Positions 59,859-64,000 of a stretch of DNA of 64,000 nt are shown here, piece by piece. Each line of letters begins with the position of its first letter. Position 1 is the first letter of the stretch. Origin of the DNA: Bacteroidota bacterium. Its GTDB lineage: Bacteria; Bacteroidota; Bacteroidia; Bacteroidales; Paludibacteraceae. Both the position numbers and the translations under genes were made by a program. The notes beneath the pieces are model-generated. The model was not told where the DNA came from. It ran no database searches and saw nothing but the letters and a program-made list of their open reading frames with translations. The DNA lies in contig JAFNAS010000010.1 in assembly GCA_017860295.1 (NCBI GenBank), positions 4,151 to 68,150 on the forward strand, given 5' to 3'.

Positions 59859-62800
59859 GTGCTAAGAAAAATAATATATATCACGCTGTTGCTTTGTCTG
59901 GCGGTATCTGCGAATGCCGACAACGGCCTTTGGCACGGTAAAGAACGGACGTTGCGCTACACGCCCGACGGTGACGATTTTGTGATTGTCAATGGAAAGG
60001 TGAAGTACAACCGGGCGTTGTACGGCACTAACACGGCGTTTCGTGCAGAAACGGGAGATGTTCCCGAATTTGCCTTTTACCTGCCGGGAATGGGAGGCAA
60101 CCTCCATTTCGGACTGATGGTGGATGGCGAAACCAAATGGCTGAACGATGCGCAGTTTGTTGAGGCGCGCTACCGGGCCGGTTCCCGCCTCTACACCATC
60201 AAAGATCCATTGCTGGGGGGCGGAGAACTGCTCCTTACGGCTTTGGCGATGGCCGATGCCGAAGGATTTGTCTTAAAAGGAGAACTAAAAAATTGCTATA
60301 AAAAGGTGGAACTGTTGACCGTTTTTGGTGGAGCTACCGGCAAACGCTTTTCGCGCGAAGGCGATCTGGGTGTAGATGCGGCCGACTGTTTTGACCTGAA
60401 ACCGGAATATTGTACCGGTAATCAATACCTGTTCGGTAAGAACGATTTTCAACTGACACTTCCTCCGACGAAAAAGAGCGCGGCGATAACGCTGACCGGA
60501 ATCTTTCCGGAGTCATCAGTTATTAAAGCCGGTAATCCGGCAGTTGTTTCGTCTCCGTTTGCTCAATGGAACAGCTCGGTGGCTAACGACCAGCCGGTGG
60601 TGATGGCGCGTTTTGAAGTGATACGGCAACTGCCTTTTTATGTTTCTGTTGTTAAGGATAACAAGGATAGCTTCTTATCGTATAAAAAGCTTGAGTCAGC
60701 GTTTGTGCTGGCGGAAGCTGCGCGTCAGCAATTGGCTTCACGCATCAAAATAACCACGCCCGATCCGTTTATCAATACTTTGGGTGGAACGTTGGCCATG
60801 GCAGCTAACGCTATTTGGGAACCGAACTCTTATCTGCACGGCGCTATCGGTTGGCGGATGCGCTTGGCCGGCTGGCGGGGTGCTTACACTGGCGATGCGT
60901 TGGGCTGGCACGACCGGGCTCGACTTCATTTCAACGATTATGCGGCTTCGCAGGTGACGGATGTGCCGAATACAATTCCGCATCCGGCGCAGGACAGCGC
61001 GCTGCATTTGGCACGTGCCTTGAAGCAGTGGGGGACGCCGATGTACAGCAATGGTTATATTTGTCGCAATCCGCAGAAAAATAACGAGATGCACCATTAC
61101 GATATGAATCTTTGCTACATGGACGAATTGTTGTGGCATTTCTGTTGGACGGGAGATCTCGATTATGCAAAAAAAATGTGGCCGGTACTGAAACTGAGCC
61201 TTGCGTGGGAAAAGCACAATTTTGATCCCAACGATGACGGGCTTTACGATGGTTATGCTGCCATTTGGGCCAGCGACGGCTTGCAATACAACAGTGGAGC
61301 GGCTACTCACACCACCGCCTATAATTACCGGGCCAATAAAATGGCGGCCGAAATTGCCCGTAAAATAGGCGAAGATCCGGGGCCTTACGAGCAGGAGGCT
61401 GCAAAAATATGGAATGCCCTGAATAAGCAGTTGTGGATGCCAGGCAAGGGTGTGTGGGCCGAATACAAAGATTTTATGGGTAATAAAGAGTTGCATGCGA
61501 GCCCGGCAGTTTGGTCTATTTATCATACCGTCGATTCGGAAGCCGGTGACCCGTTCCAGTTTTATCAGGCAACGCGCTATGTCGATACGCAGATTCCCCA
61601 TATTCCCGTCCGGGCAAAAGGTTTGAAGGATGAGGGTTGGGAAACGATCTCTACCTCCGACTGGATGCCGTATTGCTGGTCGACGAACAACGTGGCCTTT
61701 GCCGAAGTGTGGCATACCACACTCGCTTACTGGCAAAGCGGTCGCAGTGACGCCGCTTTTAAGTTGTTCAAAAGTTCGGTGCTCGACGGAATGTATCTGG
61801 GGGCAAGTCCCGGTAATCTTGGACAAATCAGTTTTTACGATGCCGCGCGTGGCGAGTGTTACCGCGATTTCGGCGATCCGATCGGGATGTTCTCGCGGGC
61901 ATTGGTTCAGGGTTTGTTTGGGATTTTGCCCGATGCGTTGAACGACCGGTTGGTGATTCGTCCGGGAATACCAACTGATTGGAAATTTGCTTCGTTTTCG
62001 ACACCGGATGTTTCGTTCGATTACAAGCGAAACGGTAACATTCAACGCTATCAAATTGGTCAGCATTTGCCGAAGTTACTCAACCTGGAATTGCATTTGA
62101 AAGCTTATTCCGATAAAATCACACGCGTTTCGGTCAATGGAAAACCGGCTGCCTGGCGCGTCGATACGACTGCGGTAGGTACTCCTGCTATTTGGGTAAT
62201 GTGTGGTAAAGATCAGGAAAATAGAGTCGAAATAGAGTGGGACGGAAAGGCAGTTAAAACGCCACAAGAGATTACTGTAGCTCGTGGCGATGCTTACAAG
62301 CAGTCAATTGGTGCTTTTATTGACAAAATTTACGATCCGCAATTTGTATTGAAGAATAAGAAGATTGAAGAAGCTATAATTTCCGGAACAATTACGGGTG
62401 AAGTCGGTCACCGTACCTTCTTTGTTCGTGCGACACAGGGCGATCTGACGTGGTGGATGCCGGTCGGACTTTGGGTGAAAGAACCTTTGGAGGTGCAGCC
62501 TGTAAATCCGGGATCCGGCCATCTCTCTTTTTGTTTGCGCAACAATCGAGATATGACTGTAAACGGCAAGCTGTTAGTGAATGGAGAGCAAATCAAAGAC
62601 AAACAAATTATCGCTGCCGGCTCGGTTTCGGAACAGATTGACGTTCCTGTTGGTATTGCGGTTTGCGGAACCAACCACATCTCGTTTGTGCAAGACAATG
62701 GTCAGAGGGAGGAGCTCACATTGGTTGATTGGGCGTTAGCCGTCAATGCCAAAGAGAGAATGGAGGTTGTTAATATGGATAATCATCTGAACGATAAAGT

Positions 62801-63530
62801 GACTCAGATTTTCAAAAACGAATACCTTGCCCCGCGTTCACCATACACCACACTGCAAACGCCTACGCAGGGTATCGGCGAGTGGACGCATCCGCTCACA
62901 ACGGCCTCCATCGACGATAGTGGGTTGCGGAAAGCCTCGCAAAATGGCGTTTTCAACACGCCGATGGGGATTTCGTTCCGTACGGCCTCATTGCCCGAAA
63001 CAAAAAATATTGCGTTTACCTCACTTTGGAACAACTATCCGGCTTCGGTCACTGTTCCGTTAACTGGTAAAGCGTCGCATGCATATCTGCTAATGGCAGG
63101 ATCGACTAATCACATGCAAAGCCGTTTTACGAACGGAGTGGTGAAAGTTTGGTATACAGATGGTACTTCCGATTCTCTGTCGCTGGTCAATCCGCAAACG
63201 TGGTGCCCCATCGAACAGGATTATTACGAAGATGGGTTTGCATTTAACATGCACGCTCCTCGTCCTTACCGGGTATTCCTGAAAACGGGAGCCGTCAGCC
63301 GCGAGATGATGGTGTCGAAAGAGAAACAACCAACGGATACGACCAAGCGGAATGGTGGCGACTATACCGAAACCCCGGTATCACCCGCCTCAGGACGCGA
63401 AATTGATGGTGGAGCAGCGGTGATTCTTGACCTGCCGTTGAACAGGTCGAAGCAGTTGAAACAGCTGACGCTCGAAACACGTGCCAATGAGGTGGTAATC
63501 GGTTTGATGGGTGTGACACTGATGCGATGA
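59859..63530 (+). CDS. Large DUF4450-domain glycoside hydrolase candidate (possibly GH139-related)
   Basis: GTG start, signal peptide; RYTPDGDDFVIVNG...NRALYG, HGAIGWRMRLAGWRGAY, HHYDMNL, YAAIWASDGLQYNSG, FYDAARGECYRDFGDP. The family link is from recollection only. Confidence 0.65.
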   Translation: MLRKIIYITLLLCLAVSANADNGLWHGKERTLRYTPDGDDFVIVNGKVKYNRALYGTNTAFRAETGDVPEFAFYLPGMGGNLHFGLMVDGETKWLNDAQFVEARYRAGSRLYTIKDPLLGGGELLLTALAMADAEGFVLKGELKNCYKKVELLTVFGGATGKRFSREGDLGVDAADCFDLKPEYCTGNQYLFGKNDFQLTLPPTKKSAAITLTGIFPESSVIKAGNPAVVSSPFAQWNSSVANDQPVVMARFEVIRQLPFYVSVVKDNKDSFLSYKKLESAFVLAEAARQQLASRIKITTPDPFINTLGGTLAMAANAIWEPNSYLHGAIGWRMRLAGWRGAYTGDALGWHDRARLHFNDYAASQVTDVPNTIPHPAQDSALHLARALKQWGTPMYSNGYICRNPQKNNEMHHYDMNLCYMDELLWHFCWTGDLDYAKKMWPVLKLSLAWEKHNFDPNDDGLYDGYAAIWASDGLQYNSGAATHTTAYNYRANKMAAEIARKIGEDPGPYEQEAAKIWNALNKQLWMPGKGVWAEYKDFMGNKELHASPAVWSIYHTVDSEAGDPFQFYQATRYVDTQIPHIPVRAKGLKDEGWETISTSDWMPYCWSTNNVAFAEVWHTTLAYWQSGRSDAAFKLFKSSVLDGMYLGASPGNLGQISFYDAARGECYRDFGDPIGMFSRALVQGLFGILPDALNDRLVIRPGIPTDWKFASFSTPDVSFDYKRNGNIQRYQIGQHLPKLLNLELHLKAYSDKITRVSVNGKPAAWRVDTTAVGTPAIWVMCGKDQENRVEIEWDGKAVKTPQEITVARGDAYKQSIGAFIDKIYDPQFVLKNKKIEEAIISGTITGEVGHRTFFVRATQGDLTWWMPVGLWVKEPLEVQPVNPGSGHLSFCLRNNRDMTVNGKLLVNGEQIKDKQIIAAGSVSEQIDVPVGIAVCGTNHISFVQDNGQREELTLVDWALAVNAKERMEVVNMDNHLNDKVTQIFKNEYLAPRSPYTTLQTPTQGIGEWTHPLTTASIDDSGLRKASQNGVFNTPMGISFRTASLPETKNIAFTSLWNNYPASVTVPLTGKASHAYLLMAGSTNHMQSRFTNGVVKVWYTDGTSDSLSLVNPQTWCPIEQDYYEDGFAFNMHAPRPYRVFLKTGAVSREMMVSKEKQPTDTTKRNGGDYTETPVSPASGREIDGGAAVILDLPLNRSKQLKQLTLETRANEVVIGLMGVTLMR

Positions 63531-63549
63531 AAAGTTCTCAGTACGCAGT

Positions 63550-63587
63550 CTTTGCGGATCTTACGCCATCTTTGTGCACTTTGCGGT
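63550..63587 (+). repeat. Degenerate 9/10-mer tandem repeats
   Basis: ctttgcggat/cttacgccat/ctttgtgca/ctttgcggt. Confidence 0.6.
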
Positions 63588-63617
63588 ACACATAATTTGA
63601 AATTCTATAGAAATGTC

Positions 63618-64000
63618 ATGAAGAAATACTTCTTTTTTGTTGTAATATCGCTATTGGCAACTGCGATGCAGGCAGCAACGTTTTTTAATGTGAGGGATTT
63701 TGGGGCAAAAGGGGATGGAAAAACCATCGATTCGCCTGCCATTAATAAAGCGATTGAGGCTGCGGCCAAAGAGGGTGGGGGCACGGTCTGGTTTCCTGCC
63801 GGAAAGTATGCGTCCTATTCTATCCGGTTGCAAAGCAATATCACCCTTTTTCTTGATAACGGTGCAACGCTGATAGCCGCATATCCTACCGAAACGGAAG
63901 GTTTTGACGTGGCCGAACCGAACGCGTTCAATATGTTTCAGGATTTCGGACACAGCCACTGGCAAAACAGCCTGATCTGGGGAGTCGGCCTTGAAAATGT
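63618..64000 (+). CDS. Glycoside hydrolase family 28 (polygalacturonase/rhamnogalacturonase-type), 3'-truncated and absent from the ORF track
   Basis: My translation: MKKYFFFVVISLLATAMQA|ATFFNVRDFGAKGDGKTIDSPAINKAIEAAAKEGGGTVWFPAGKYASYSIRLQSNITLFLDNGATL...FQDFGHSHWQNSLIWG; open to the window end. Confidence 0.88.
   Translation, partial: MKKYFFFVVISLLATAMQAATFFNVRDFGAKGDGKTIDSPAINKAIEAAAKEGGGTVWFPAGKYASYSIRLQSNITLFLDNGATLIAAYPTETEGFDVAEPNAFNMFQDFGHSHWQNSLIWGVGLEN

Noticed and set aside
57047-62066. Long minus-strand ORFs (224, 309, 442 aa) over GH106 and the DUF4450 gene
   Set aside because: Antisense shadows without motifs; the plus-strand genes are well supported.

Overview
A chromosomal window from a member of the Bacteroidales. 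The assignment rests on gene content and on the Bacteroidetes housekeeping -7 promoter motif TAnnTTTG in front of most operons. About 50 protein-coding genes are supported, mostly housekeeping: purM (partial), rnz, rlmB, purE, ligA, nadC, ruvB, rimP-nusA-infB-cvpA, fba, rbfA, gltX, pfkA, ispH, sufC-sufD, bcp, era. Accessory blocks are: a kduI-kduD-DUF4861 uronate operon; a repeat-protein/DUF3943/glutaminyl-cyclase operon; a secreted M16 peptidase pair; an AT-rich glycosyltransferase tail next to a decayed IS5 transposase; a three-gene ECF sigma module; two tandem T9SS type-B-CTD proteins with their PorP/SprF partner; and the start of a pectin (rhamnogalacturonan) glycosidase cluster running off the right edge, including a GH28 gene missing from the ORF track. 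I found no rRNA, tRNA or CRISPR array. The most notable unannotated signals are: (i) a promoter- and terminator-bounded ~185-nt intergenic RNA with 6S-like architecture upstream of rimP; (ii) a REP/MITE-like palindromic pair, one half of which is translated as the N-terminus of LigA; (iii) a 21-bp inverted-repeat element before rbfA; (iv) degenerate 7-, 8- and 9/10-mer intergenic repeats; (v) a suf operon lacking sufB and separated from its usual infB-cvpA neighbours. I cannot show that any of these is a wholly new system. All family assignments come from motif recognition, without database searches.
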